Assembly (NCBI GenBank): GCA_963711735.1
Contig: CAVQFA010000004.1
Coordinates: 4,872-68,871, forward strand
DNA length: 64,000 nt
Direction: 5' to 3'
From: Candidatus Gottesmanbacteria bacterium
GTDB lineage: Bacteria; Patescibacteriota; Microgenomatia; UBA10105; UBA927
The position numbers and the translations under genes are program-made. The notes below the pieces were generated by a model. The model was not told the origin of the DNA. It saw only the letters and a program-made list of their open reading frames with translations, and made no database searches. This document shows, in pieces, positions 9,264 through 19,004 of this stretch (its first letter is position 1; each line of letters opens with the position of its first letter).

Positions 9264-10577
9264 TTACACCAATTTATTCCGAAACTCATCCCGGTTAGGC
9301 GTTGTCCTGGTATGATCATACGTTCTGTTGTCATGGTTTGGTATAGTGGAGACGTATGTTCCGTCAGGCACATCCCGATCTATGACGATTCCGGCCCCAA
9401 TTCTAGATCCCTTTCCGACTTTCACTCCCGGCATGAAACTGGTATTCACACCGATTCGTATATTCCGACCGAATACACCGCCGAATTTTTTCTTCCCGGA
9501 GGATATTTTTTCACCACCGCTCGCTGAGCGTATCTCATTCTCGTCAAGACGGAGATTTGCACATACCGTACCGCTACCATAACTTACATTTCCTTCTATA
9601 ACGGAATCACCGATGTAATTTGAATGAAACCAACAATCATCACCTATATAGCTTCTTGTAATATCCGTATTAAATCCGACAACACATCTTTCTCCTATAT
9701 GACTTTCCCGTATCATACAGTTGTTTCCTATGATACTTCCTTTTCCTATATATGAAGGACCTGTTATTTTTGTATACTCAAAAATTTTTACGTCATCCTC
9801 TATATAAACATTTCCTTCTATAATAACACCCTTCCCTATGGAAACATTTTTCCCTTTATGCTGGGTTTTTATCGAAGAGAGAATCAGCCGGTTTATATCC
9901 AGAACATGCCATGGGTATTTCAAAGCTCCCGATACTCCCGTATATGGCTCCATTACAATAGATTTTTTGGATGCGATAGTCGTTATTGCACGTTCGTACC
10001 TATCATCATATTTGGAAGACGTTTGTTCCAGTTCGTCTAAAAGTACATTACTATCGTCTATATAATGGCCGGTAATGTTTATATACGGTGATGGTTGTGT
10101 GCCGGGTTCGGGTTTTTCGAGTATTCCGAGAACTCTCTCCTTATCTAAAATAAAATATCCACCGGGGAAATACCTGTCACTTTTCCATCCGGGTAAAACC
10201 GCAAATGCCCGGGTTTTTGCTGCTTTGGAGAGCACTTGTGTAAAAAGTGACCGGTCAACAATATGATCAGCAATGACGATAAAAAGCCTGGAATTGGTGA
10301 GCAGAGCTTTTGCCGTAAGAATGGCATCAGCCATACCTAACGGTTCTTTTTGAACAATATACGAGGCATTAGGAAGACCCTGCATGCTTTCAATTGCATC
10401 ATTATTACTTTTATTTGTAATAATGACGGATGATTCAATTTGTTTCGGAAGGATATCAAAAACACTATGATGTATAAATGGTTTTCCGCAAAATGGAACA
10501 GTAAGCTTATCTGCAGATATGGGCCAAAAACGCTTCCCTACGCCTCCGGCAAGAATTACCGCAACTAATGGTTTCAT
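9264..10577 (-). CDS. Bifunctional sugar-1-phosphate nucleotidyltransferase / left-handed beta-helix acyltransferase (GlmU-like)
   Basis: N-terminal LAGGVGKRFWP nucleotidyltransferase motif, then C-terminal hexapeptide repeats. It sits directly upstream of murA, which consumes UDP-GlcNAc. Confidence 0.6.
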   Translation of the reverse strand: MKPLVAVILAGGVGKRFWPISADKLTVPFCGKPFIHHSVFDILPKQIESSVIITNKSNNDAIESMQGLPNASYIVQKEPLGMADAILTAKALLTNSRLFIVIADHIVDRSLFTQVLSKAAKTRAFAVLPGWKSDRYFPGGYFILDKERVLGILEKPEPGTQPSPYINITGHYIDDSNVLLDELEQTSSKYDDRYERAITTIASKKSIVMEPYTGVSGALKYPWHVLDINRLILSSIKTQHKGKNVSIGKGVIIEGNVYIEDDVKIFEYTKITGPSYIGKGSIIGNNCMIRESHIGERCVVGFNTDITRSYIGDDCWFHSNYIGDSVIEGNVSYGSGTVCANLRLDENEIRSASGGEKISSGKKKFGGVFGRNIRIGVNTSFMPGVKVGKGSRIGAGIVIDRDVPDGTYVSTIPNHDNRTYDHTRTTPNRDEFRNKLV

Positions 10578-11917
10578 ACATCCTCCTCCTTTATCCTGAC
10601 AATCTGGGCTCCAAGTGCGTTCAAACGGGTATCTATGGATTCATATCCGCGGTCTATCTGTGCAACTCCGTGAATAACGCTCTCTCCATCTGCGGTGAGT
10701 GCGGCAAGAAGCATCGTTGCTCCAGCACGGATATCAGTCATTTCGATAACTGCGTTATGCAGGTTAACGGGTCCTTTAATCCGTATTGCCTGATTTTCAA
10801 TTTTAAGACCGTCAGAAATATTGAAGTTATAGAATGAGTGCGGATCCGGTATAACAGGCGTGTAGAATTCTATTCTCGCTCCCATTTTTTTCAATTCGGA
10901 TACATATGAAAACCTGTTTTCAAAAACTGTCTCGTGGATGGTTGATATACCCTGTGCTTTTGTTGCCATAATTGCCCATGGAGCCTGCCAATCAGTCATA
11001 AATCCCGGGTATGCGGACGTAACGATATCGAGAGGTTTATATGCATGTCCGGCTGAATAAGTCGTCGTATGATCGTCTATTTCCCTTATGACTCCGCCGG
11101 TTTGTTTATATGCATCAAGAAATGCTGAAAGAGTATCCCGGCGGGATCCATCTACGGTTATAGATCCGTTAGTTACCGCTGCGGCAATGGCAAACGTTAC
11201 TTCTTCATTCCTGTCGGACATTATGTGAAAATGAGTACCGTGTAGTGTTCGTACTCCTTTTATTGTAATTTCCCTCTTCCGGGTTCTTGATATGTCGGCA
11301 CCCATGGAGTTGAGGCATGATATGAGGTCATCAATTTCGACTTCCTCGGCAGCATTCCGTATGATAGTTACACCTTGTGCAAGGACGGCCGCCAGGAGAA
11401 TTGTTTCAGTTCCCGTATGGGTATTCTTTTCAAACAGTATCGTATTTCCGTGTAATCCGTCCGGCGCATCGGCGTGAAAAAATCCATCTGCATGATCATA
11501 ACGGATATTCGCACCCATGCTTTTTAATCCTTCGATATGACGGTCAATTGGCCGCGCTCCAAGCCTGCACCCACCGGGATTTGGTATAGTTGCTGTGTGG
11601 CTTCGCGCAAGAAGAGGTCCGAGAACTAAAGCTGAAGTCCTGACTCTGGTACCTGCTTCCAGAGGAACGCAGGTCGAACAAATACCATTATTCTTTACAA
11701 CTATCGAATGGTCTGAACTCCATTTCCATAAAACACCGCAACCTCCGAGAATTTCAAGCATACTGGAGACATCTTTGAGACGCGGAACGTTATCAAGAAC
11801 TATTTCTTCATCAGTTAAAAGCGATGCTATAAGAATTTTAAGCGCAACGTTTTTGGCACCCGATACTGCAATATGTCCCGACAAGGGTTTTCCACCGTGT
11901 ACTATAAATCTATCCAT
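10574..11917 (-). CDS. murA: UDP-N-acetylglucosamine 1-carboxyvinyltransferase MurA
   Basis: 447 aa EPSP-synthase-fold protein with the MurA N-terminus MDRFIVHGGKPLSGHIAVSGAKN. Confidence 0.9.
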   Translation of the reverse strand: MDRFIVHGGKPLSGHIAVSGAKNVALKILIASLLTDEEIVLDNVPRLKDVSSMLEILGGCGVLWKWSSDHSIVVKNNGICSTCVPLEAGTRVRTSALVLGPLLARSHTATIPNPGGCRLGARPIDRHIEGLKSMGANIRYDHADGFFHADAPDGLHGNTILFEKNTHTGTETILLAAVLAQGVTIIRNAAEEVEIDDLISCLNSMGADISRTRKREITIKGVRTLHGTHFHIMSDRNEEVTFAIAAAVTNGSITVDGSRRDTLSAFLDAYKQTGGVIREIDDHTTTYSAGHAYKPLDIVTSAYPGFMTDWQAPWAIMATKAQGISTIHETVFENRFSYVSELKKMGARIEFYTPVIPDPHSFYNFNISDGLKIENQAIRIKGPVNLHNAVIEMTDIRAGATMLLAALTADGESVIHGVAQIDRGYESIDTRLNALGAQIVRIKEEDV

Positions 11918-12935
11918 ATGAGAAATCTCCTAAAAGTACTATTTCTTCCCTGAGTTTGACGTGAAACTGCTGTTGGACTCGTTTTTGGGCTTCTCTAATC
12001 AATGTTATCACATCAAGCGCAGTTGCATTGCCGGTATTGATGATAAAATTTGCGTGCATTTCGGATATCTTTGCTCCTCCGACGCAAAACCCTTTGAGTC
12101 CTGTATGGTCCAGAAGAAATCCTGCTGACATCTGCAAATCCGGTGTTGCAGCACGGATCGCTTCGCTTTTTGAGATATTACGGAATGTACAACCTGCACT
12201 GGAAATTCCCTGAGGTTGGGTGACTCGGCGATACGCGATACTTTCGTTAGCACGCTTCCATAATATGTCTTTATCTTCAGAGGTAAATTCAAATATGGCA
12301 CTTATGAGTATGTCCCCGCTGTGCTGCAGGATGCTTGAATCATACATGAAACGGAAATATGTCTTCGGAACAACTTCTACATCTCCTTTTGGACTTATAA
12401 TCGTCGCCTGGTATAGTCTGTCACCTACATACCCTTCCGGATGCATCCATTTAGAATTCATGTATACTGCCCCTCCGACCGTACCGGGAAGTCCTAAGTG
12501 CATTTCAAATCCTGATAACCCTTCCTCTATGGTAAACCGTACAAAATAGTTCATCATCACACCGGAATCAGCTTCTACATATATGTGTCCCTGTGGTGTC
12601 CCTTTTTTCCATGACCCTTTGGCACCGCGTATAGAAAGTGACCGTGCGTTATTTTTGATGACAAGGCCGGGTATACCCAGGTCAGAAATAAGCACATTTG
12701 AACCACCTCCCAGAATAGTTATGGGAACACCGATTTTCCGAGCAGAGCAAATTGTATGAACAAGGTCTTCTGATGAATTAACATCTATAAAATACTCCGC
12801 CGAGCCACCGATTTTTAATGTAGTAAATTGAGCCAATGGAATATTCTCTTTCAGAGAATTTCCGAAAATTTTTTTGAGCTCATTTGATAAAGATTTCACC
12901 GTCATGATAACTCCTTTACTATCGATCTTCCCCAT
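11910..12935 (-). CDS. murB: UDP-N-acetylenolpyruvoylglucosamine reductase MurB
   Basis: FAD-binding region TTLKIGGSAEYF and the MurB C-terminal domain. It overlaps murA. Confidence 0.85.
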   Translation of the reverse strand: MGKIDSKGVIMTVKSLSNELKKIFGNSLKENIPLAQFTTLKIGGSAEYFIDVNSSEDLVHTICSARKIGVPITILGGGSNVLISDLGIPGLVIKNNARSLSIRGAKGSWKKGTPQGHIYVEADSGVMMNYFVRFTIEEGLSGFEMHLGLPGTVGGAVYMNSKWMHPEGYVGDRLYQATIISPKGDVEVVPKTYFRFMYDSSILQHSGDILISAIFEFTSEDKDILWKRANESIAYRRVTQPQGISSAGCTFRNISKSEAIRAATPDLQMSAGFLLDHTGLKGFCVGGAKISEMHANFIINTGNATALDVITLIREAQKRVQQQFHVKLREEIVLLGDFSYG

Positions 12936-14326
12936 GTGTATATATCCCCTGCTCCGAAAAATATTACAACATCACCCGGTTTTATACGCTCCCTAAGTTT
13001 GTATTTTACCGCTTCTGCATCGTCTGCATAATGGACGTTTGTATGAATTTTCCCTATTTCCTTTGCAAGGATCTCACCTGATATGTCAAATTGTAGTCGG
13101 TTTTCTCTTGCTGACGCATAAATACCGGTAATAATTACCTCATCACTTGCATCAAATGCCCGGATGAATCCCTTTAAAAGTGCCTGTGTTCTTGAATACG
13201 TATGCGGTTGGAATACACTGATAATCCGGTTTTTAGGATACCATTGCCTTGCTGCAGTCAATGTCGCTATGATTTCATCAGGATGATGTGCATAATCATC
13301 CAAAAATTCAATGCCGTTTACATGTCCTATTTTTTCAAAACGTCTTTTGGTGCCGGTAAATTGTAAAAGTCCTTTCGATATCTGTTCCAAGGAAAGACCC
13401 GTTAAATGTGCAACGCCTACGGCGATGGATGCGTTATGCACGTTATGCATACCGGGTACTAACAACTGTAATTGTACGGATTCCCCGTTTGTTTTAAGGG
13501 TAAATACTGTTTTATGTCCGACAGTGCGAATGCCGGATATCTGATATTCTGCTTTTTTTGATACACCCACGGAAACGGCTTGCGGGTGATTCTTCCATAT
13601 TTCATTCTCCGGATCATCAAAGTTATATACAAGCTTGTTTTTCCCTCTTAAACGCTTAGCAAGTTGCATAAACGCGTGTTTAACCGTATGTATATCCTTA
13701 TATGCGTCAGGGTGATCATATCCGATGTTCGTGACAGCCAGAATATCCGGTTTCTGCCAGAGAAAGCGCGGAGTAGGATCAAAGACGGGATCCGTCATAT
13801 ATTCATCCGATTCCGCAACAAACCACTCACCTGTTCCTTTATGACCCGGCAGACCAATGGGAAAAATTTCACCGCATCCTATCGCATAAGACGGATCAAG
13901 ACCGGAGGATCTTAAAATTACAGCAGTCATTGCAGAAGTCGTTGTCTTGCCATGACAACCAGAAACACATATTTGACGGTACGGGTCCATAATTTTCCCG
14001 AGTGCCATACCATGTGGAAAAACCGGAATTTTCAGCCGGAGAGCTTCACGAACCTGCGGATTATCCCTACCTCCGTGTGCACCGGTATATATGAGCGCGT
14101 CAGGATGAAATTCTCCAACGTATTTCGGTTCAAATGCATAGTCCGGAATAATTCCGATTGACTTAACAACACTATCGGAAGGAAAATGTTCTTTCGTGTC
14201 CGATCCTCCGACAATGACACCTGCATCATGCAGGTATGCGGCGAAAGCTGCCATTGCGATACCTTTTATACCGGTCAGGTATACGCGCTTAACAGGTATG
14301 GTATCAAAAAATATTCTATTATCCAT
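12902..14326 (-). CDS. murC: Mur ligase, best fit UDP-N-acetylmuramate--L-alanine ligase MurC (Mpl not excluded)
   Basis: The N-terminal domain resembles MurC. GCHGKTTT is the P-loop, followed by Mur-ligase middle and C-terminal domains. Confidence 0.75.
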   Translation of the reverse strand: MDNRIFFDTIPVKRVYLTGIKGIAMAAFAAYLHDAGVIVGGSDTKEHFPSDSVVKSIGIIPDYAFEPKYVGEFHPDALIYTGAHGGRDNPQVREALRLKIPVFPHGMALGKIMDPYRQICVSGCHGKTTTSAMTAVILRSSGLDPSYAIGCGEIFPIGLPGHKGTGEWFVAESDEYMTDPVFDPTPRFLWQKPDILAVTNIGYDHPDAYKDIHTVKHAFMQLAKRLRGKNKLVYNFDDPENEIWKNHPQAVSVGVSKKAEYQISGIRTVGHKTVFTLKTNGESVQLQLLVPGMHNVHNASIAVGVAHLTGLSLEQISKGLLQFTGTKRRFEKIGHVNGIEFLDDYAHHPDEIIATLTAARQWYPKNRIISVFQPHTYSRTQALLKGFIRAFDASDEVIITGIYASARENRLQFDISGEILAKEIGKIHTNVHYADDAEAVKYKLRERIKPGDVVIFFGAGDIYTWGRSIVKELS

Positions 14327-14330
14327 ATGT

Positions 14331-15071
14331 TTATACTATTGTAATATAACCCATCATTTCACCGTATTTTTTATTCTGCTGCCTGAAGGAAAAATATTTT
14401 TCCGGGGTACAATATGTACAGGTCGAAGAACATTCTATATCGGAAACACCCAGAGATTGAAGTTGGTTTCTGTTTATTTCTTCAAGATTTAAATACCACG
14501 TACTTTTTTTCTCTACCGTACCTTTTGGTACGGAAGGAAAAGTTTTAAGAAATATACGTGCCCTTTTTTCATCAACAGAATAGCAGCATGATTTGATATG
14601 CGGGCCAATAGTTGCCTGAATTGAGCGTATATCAGATCCGTTTGAAATCATCCTCCGGACGGTTTTTTGAGCTATATTATGAAGAGTTCCTTTCCAGCCT
14701 GCATGCACAACCCCGTAAATTCCTTTTTCCGCATCCCGAAGAAGTATCGGAACGCAGTCTGCAGTACGGACAATGAGAACAGGTGACGGGAATTTATCAC
14801 TTTTTTTGATTTTGTATACAAGAGCATCAGATTTTGGAAAATACTGCGGTGCGTTTGTGTTTCCAACCATTGCCACGGATGAACCGTGTACTTGTCTCAT
14901 AACGGCCTCAAATCTGTCCGTTAATGCACGGCTTTTCAACACTTTCTTACGATAAGATGAATATCGCATATCTCCGTCTTTCCTCGTAGTAAATCCATAG
15001 ATATATGCAGGTTGCAGATTGTTCATACACGTCTTTAAACTCACACGGGAATTATACCACGCGGTAACCAT
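14331..15071 (-). CDS. pgeF: Purine-nucleoside phosphorylase/laccase-domain protein YfiH/PgeF family
   Basis: 246 aa with conserved His/Cys residues of the DUF152 (YfiH) family. Confidence 0.7.
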   Translation of the reverse strand: MVTAWYNSRVSLKTCMNNLQPAYIYGFTTRKDGDMRYSSYRKKVLKSRALTDRFEAVMRQVHGSSVAMVGNTNAPQYFPKSDALVYKIKKSDKFPSPVLIVRTADCVPILLRDAEKGIYGVVHAGWKGTLHNIAQKTVRRMISNGSDIRSIQATIGPHIKSCCYSVDEKRARIFLKTFPSVPKGTVEKKSTWYLNLEEINRNQLQSLGVSDIECSSTCTYCTPEKYFSFRQQNKKYGEMMGYITIV

Positions 15072-16744
15072 TAATTCGGAGCTATTCTGTAGTACGAAAA
15101 TAAATCCTTTGCTAAGGAAAAAAATAAAGGTGCTGCCGTTTCAGACCCCCAGGGAGAAGAACTCGGTTCATGAAGTGTTACGAGTATAACAAATTTCGGA
15201 TTGTCAGCAGGAGCAAAACCGACAAAAGAGGCGATTGTCTTCGTCTCGTCATAATGTCCAGCAATCGGGATTTGTGCTGTCCCTGTTTTACCGGCTATTC
15301 TGTATCCTTTGGGTTTCGCCCACTTTGCTTCACCTTTTTCGACGGTTTCTACCATCATTTCAGTTAGAGTTTTTGCAACCGATGGTTTTATGATCTGTCG
15401 GATCCGTTTCGGTTGTATCGGAATTATTTTTCCGTCGCTTGTTATGATCTCTTTTACTGCGTGGGGTTCCATAAGATTCCCGTCGTTTGCAATTGCGCCG
15501 ACTGCCCGAACCATCTGCATGGGTGTAACTGCTATTCCCTGACCAAAAGAGGTTGTGGCCAGATCTATCTCTTTCCATTCGGTATCAGGACGCAAATCAG
15601 GCGACGTTTCTTCCTCTAAATCGGAACCGGTAACATCACCGAAACCATATCCATGCAGGTATTCAAGGAGTTTCTTCGCACCGAGTTTACGTCCCACAAA
15701 AACCATACCGACATTAGAAGAATGTACAAGAACATCAGTCATCGTAAGATTTCCAAGATATTTATTATTCCATGTCCTTATAAAATATTCCCCGATTTTA
15801 ACCGGACCGGTTTCTTCCATAATCGTCTCAGCAGATAAGACATGCTCATTGATGCCTGCAGCCATAATAAGTACTTTGAAAGTTGATCCGGGTTCATAAC
15901 TGCTGGCAACGACCGGATTTTTATATATATCCCCGGGATATTTACTGTAGTTCACCGGATCGTACGTCGGGTAAGTCGCGAGAGCGATTATGCCGCCGGT
16001 TTTCGGATCATATACGGTTACCGTACCCGCTTTTGCACCGTATTTTTCAATTCCGTTTTTCAGGTGTCTCTCCGTAAAGTACTGTACTGTCCGGTCAAGG
16101 TACAACCGTAATGTACGCCCGTTTTGTGCGTTAACGCGTTCGCTGCCGCCTACAAGAATCGGGTTACCGTTCACGTCCCTCTCTATCCGTTCATAACCAT
16201 CTTTTCCACGAATCTCTCTGTCATAATACCCTTCCACTCCAAAATACCCTTTCGGACTCCCTTTCTCATCCCGTCCTACAAATCCGAGCAGATGTGCAGC
16301 CATGGATGCTTCAGGATAAAATCTCGTATACTCCTCATCAAAACCTAATCCTTTTACGCCGCTTAAGGATAGTTTGTCAGCTACTTCTGCACTCACACCA
16401 CCCTGGATGGGAACCCATAATGATTTCGGATCTTCAAGTTTAGATTTTATGAACATTGTGTCTATATGAAGAACAGATTCAATTGTCCGGATAAACTTTG
16501 TTTTATCCTGTATTAATCGCGGTTCTGCATATACCAAATATGAAGGGGTATTTATAGCCAAAAACTTGCCGTCATCGGAAATAATATTTCCGCGTGCCGC
16601 CGGGACAATCCGTTCAATAAAGTGCTGATTGGCTGCTTCTTTTCTGTATTTACTCCCGTACACAATCTGTATTTGAAATAAACGCGCAACTACACACACA
16701 AACAGAAGGACTATAAAAACAAAAACGACGCGTGTCCGGGGCAT
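15071..16744 (-). CDS. ftsI: Penicillin-binding protein, transpeptidase (FtsI/PBP2B-like)
   Basis: N-terminal TM, PBP dimerisation domain, and a transpeptidase domain carrying STFK, SSN and KTGT motifs. Confidence 0.85.
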   Translation of the reverse strand: MPRTRVVFVFIVLLFVCVVARLFQIQIVYGSKYRKEAANQHFIERIVPAARGNIISDDGKFLAINTPSYLVYAEPRLIQDKTKFIRTIESVLHIDTMFIKSKLEDPKSLWVPIQGGVSAEVADKLSLSGVKGLGFDEEYTRFYPEASMAAHLLGFVGRDEKGSPKGYFGVEGYYDREIRGKDGYERIERDVNGNPILVGGSERVNAQNGRTLRLYLDRTVQYFTERHLKNGIEKYGAKAGTVTVYDPKTGGIIALATYPTYDPVNYSKYPGDIYKNPVVASSYEPGSTFKVLIMAAGINEHVLSAETIMEETGPVKIGEYFIRTWNNKYLGNLTMTDVLVHSSNVGMVFVGRKLGAKKLLEYLHGYGFGDVTGSDLEEETSPDLRPDTEWKEIDLATTSFGQGIAVTPMQMVRAVGAIANDGNLMEPHAVKEIITSDGKIIPIQPKRIRQIIKPSVAKTLTEMMVETVEKGEAKWAKPKGYRIAGKTGTAQIPIAGHYDETKTIASFVGFAPADNPKFVILVTLHEPSSSPWGSETAAPLFFSLAKDLFSYYRIAPN

Positions 16745-16763
16745 ATATTCTTATATTATACCT

Positions 16764-17054
16764 CTATCTGAGAGCAACCTGAGGTTCACTTATCCGGATG
16801 GTTTCATACGCTGAAGGAACGACAAACCCAAGCGTTTTGGCTTTCTCCTCTATGGAAGACAACGACTGCATACGGACAACCTGTGTTAAAAGTAGTGCAT
16901 TCTCATACCCGACTTTTTGGATATTTTGTTCCAAATCAGTCGCTTTTCGGCCATCCTGGGCTAAACTATTGGAATATACATACTGTAAAGAAACAAAGAG
17001 GAGTATGCAAATCCATGACGTGCAGATACAGGCAAGTAATGTTTTTTTGATCAT
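16764..17054 (-). CDS. ftsL: FtsL/DivIC-like septum formation protein
   Basis: 96 aa: N-terminal TM followed by a coiled-coil region, at the conserved position between rsmH and ftsI. Confidence 0.5.
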   Translation of the reverse strand: MIKKTLLACICTSWICILLFVSLQYVYSNSLAQDGRKATDLEQNIQKVGYENALLLTQVVRMQSLSSIEEKAKTLGFVVPSAYETIRISEPQVALR

Positions 17055-17057
17055 ACG

Positions 17058-17918
17058 TTATCTTTTTTCTGCGATCCGTAATTTTGCACTTCGAGATCTT
17101 TTGTTTGTTAAATATTCCGACCTTTCTACTGTAATTGGTTTCTTGGTTATTCCTATAAGACGTGTATCTTTTCGTATCGTCATTTTTACTATTCGGTCTT
17201 CTAAAGAATGGAATGTAAGTACTACTAGTCTTCCTTTTGGTTTCAAAAGTGCTATTGCCCCGCTGAGCCCCTGTTGTAATGCGCTTATTTCGTCATTTAC
17301 CGCAATTCTCAGTGCCTGAAAAACTCTTGATAATGTTCCTTCATCCGTACTCACCTTATTTACGATTTCAACCAAATCTCCGGTTTTACGTATTGGCTTT
17401 ACCGTACGGGTGCTGTAAATAATATGAGCAATTGCCCGAGAATTGTTTTCTTCACCATAAGTAGAAAATATTTCATACAATTCCTCCTCGTCGGACTCTC
17501 TCAGTAATTCCTTTGCTGAAATTCCCGTTTGGTTGTTTAACCGCAAGTCGATATCCTCATCTTTAAATCTGTACGAAAATCCCCTGCCCGGTTCATCCAA
17601 CTGGTGGGACGAAACTCCTAAATCAAAGAGTATCCCATCGACTTTTTCAAATCCGTTCGCTTTTGCTATCTGTTCTATATTTCGGAAATTTCCCTGTATA
17701 ATTGTTAAAGATCCAATCCCTATATCCTTAAATCTTTTCTGACATTCATGTATTGCGTCTATATCCGCATCAATTGCCAATACTTTGGCTCCATCGCGGA
17801 GTATTGCTTCAGTATGTCCTCCGCCTCCAGCCGTCGCATCGATAATGACTTTATCCTGCGACGGCTTGAGTCCTTTCACGACTTCGTCTGCAAGTATAGG
17901 TATGTGGTAAGCGCTCAT
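17058..17918 (-). CDS. rsmH: 16S rRNA (cytosine1402-N4)-methyltransferase RsmH (MraW)
   Basis: DATAGGGGH SAM-binding motif and full-length RsmH similarity. Confidence 0.9.
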   Translation of the reverse strand: MSAYHIPILADEVVKGLKPSQDKVIIDATAGGGGHTEAILRDGAKVLAIDADIDAIHECQKRFKDIGIGSLTIIQGNFRNIEQIAKANGFEKVDGILFDLGVSSHQLDEPGRGFSYRFKDEDIDLRLNNQTGISAKELLRESDEEELYEIFSTYGEENNSRAIAHIIYSTRTVKPIRKTGDLVEIVNKVSTDEGTLSRVFQALRIAVNDEISALQQGLSGAIALLKPKGRLVVLTFHSLEDRIVKMTIRKDTRLIGITKKPITVERSEYLTNKRSRSAKLRIAEKR

Positions 17919-18316
17919 GGTGTATCCAGCCGTTTAGCGTATGTTATCCAAATATTGAGGTCCCATATCTCAAAATGGTCACCGGCACCAACCACTTTCA
18001 CGTTTCCGGATACATGTGCGTATTCCTTGAGGTGGGTAGGCATCAAAATACGTCCTAATTTATCTATCTCAACCTTTTCTGCCGCTGCAAATAAATACCT
18101 CCGGAGTTCCCTTCCTTTTGCGTCAGTTACCGGTGCTTCCAGGTGTTTTCCCGCCTCTTTTTCCCAGCTTTCCCTGTCAAATCCGAATATACATCCGTCA
18201 AAACCCCTGGCAAGCACAATCTCCGTATCACCCAACTCCAGACGTATTTTCCGAGGCAATGTTATTCTTCCCCTGTCATCTAAATTATGGTCGTATTCCC
18301 CAAGGAATAGTTTCAT
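17915..18316 (-). CDS. mraZ: Transcriptional regulator MraZ
   Basis: 133 aa with duplicated MraZ halves (DDRGRITLP ... LGRILMP). A 4-bp ATGA overlap joins it to rsmH. Confidence 0.9.
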   Translation of the reverse strand: MKLFLGEYDHNLDDRGRITLPRKIRLELGDTEIVLARGFDGCIFGFDRESWEKEAGKHLEAPVTDAKGRELRRYLFAAAEKVEIDKLGRILMPTHLKEYAHVSGNVKVVGAGDHFEIWDLNIWITYAKRLDTP

Positions 18317-18337
18317 GTTCTGATTTTACCATTTCTT

Positions 18338-18380
18338 CCCACTTATAACCATAATCACCCATTTAAAAATACTTGTCAAG
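18338..18380 (-). promoter_or_regulatory. Candidate mraZ promoter: -35 TTGACA at 18379-18374, a 17-nt spacer, -10 GATTAT at 18356-18351, overlapped by three TGG[G/T] direct repeats at 10-bp phasing (putative MraZ operator)
   Basis: Minus-strand read: TTGACA agtatttttaaaTGGGt GATTAT GGTtataagTGGG. The repeats start at 18361, 18351 and 18341. Confidence 0.5.
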
Positions 18381-18514
18381 GGGTATTTCACGAATATTTA
18401 CATAACTCTTTCACGGCACTATAGGTTGGGTTTAACACAGAAGTATACCACTAGACAAAAGTTGAATGGGTGATAACCCATAACCGATAGAAAATTCTGC
18501 CTTCTGAGGAATGT

Positions 18515-18994
18515 TTATAACGAATACTCTTTGGTGAACTGGCTTGTTTTCCCTTCCGTATTTGTAAACTCAAGGACAAGCTCAATCTGAGACACTCCCG
18601 AGTCCGGTCGACACACGTTTCTCGAGCAGGTTCCGAGATAAATTTCACGTTCAAAGTCATTCTTCCCTGTTACATCGATAGGTTTGGAACCACTGTTTAC
18701 TCCTTTAATTAACCCTTGGGAATCATATGATAACTCGTAAGCAATCGACACCATAGATCCTTTCATACCTTTTGCCGTAACGACAACCGTATTACCTTTT
18801 GACGTACTTTTTTCTAACGTTACCGTTATATTCGGATCAAGCGGAATCATGTTCCGGTCAGGTGTTATTTCACTCCCTCCATCGGTATTTATTGAAGTGT
18901 TCTTTGCTGGTGATGATAGCGTTTTCCACACGAGAAATCCTGTTATGGTTAACAATAATACCAGAACTCCGAGTATGATCATCAATTTTTTCAT
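18515..18994 (-). CDS. Hypothetical secreted/membrane-anchored protein
   Basis: The start at MKKLMIILGV is preceded by AAGGAGG 5 nt upstream. An N-terminal hydrophobic anchor comes first, then a Ser/Thr/Gly-rich region. Confidence 0.5.
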   Translation of the reverse strand: MKKLMIILGVLVLLLTITGFLVWKTLSSPAKNTSINTDGGSEITPDRNMIPLDPNITVTLEKSTSKGNTVVVTAKGMKGSMVSIAYELSYDSQGLIKGVNSGSKPIDVTGKNDFEREIYLGTCSRNVCRPDSGVSQIELVLEFTNTEGKTSQFTKEYSL

Positions 18995-19004
18995 AATATC
19001 CTCC

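Noticed and set aside
18451-18660. 69-aa minus-strand ORF spanning the mraZ upstream region
   Set aside because: It overlaps the candidate terminator and operator region and the end of the upstream gene. There are no motifs, and the region is better explained as regulatory DNA.
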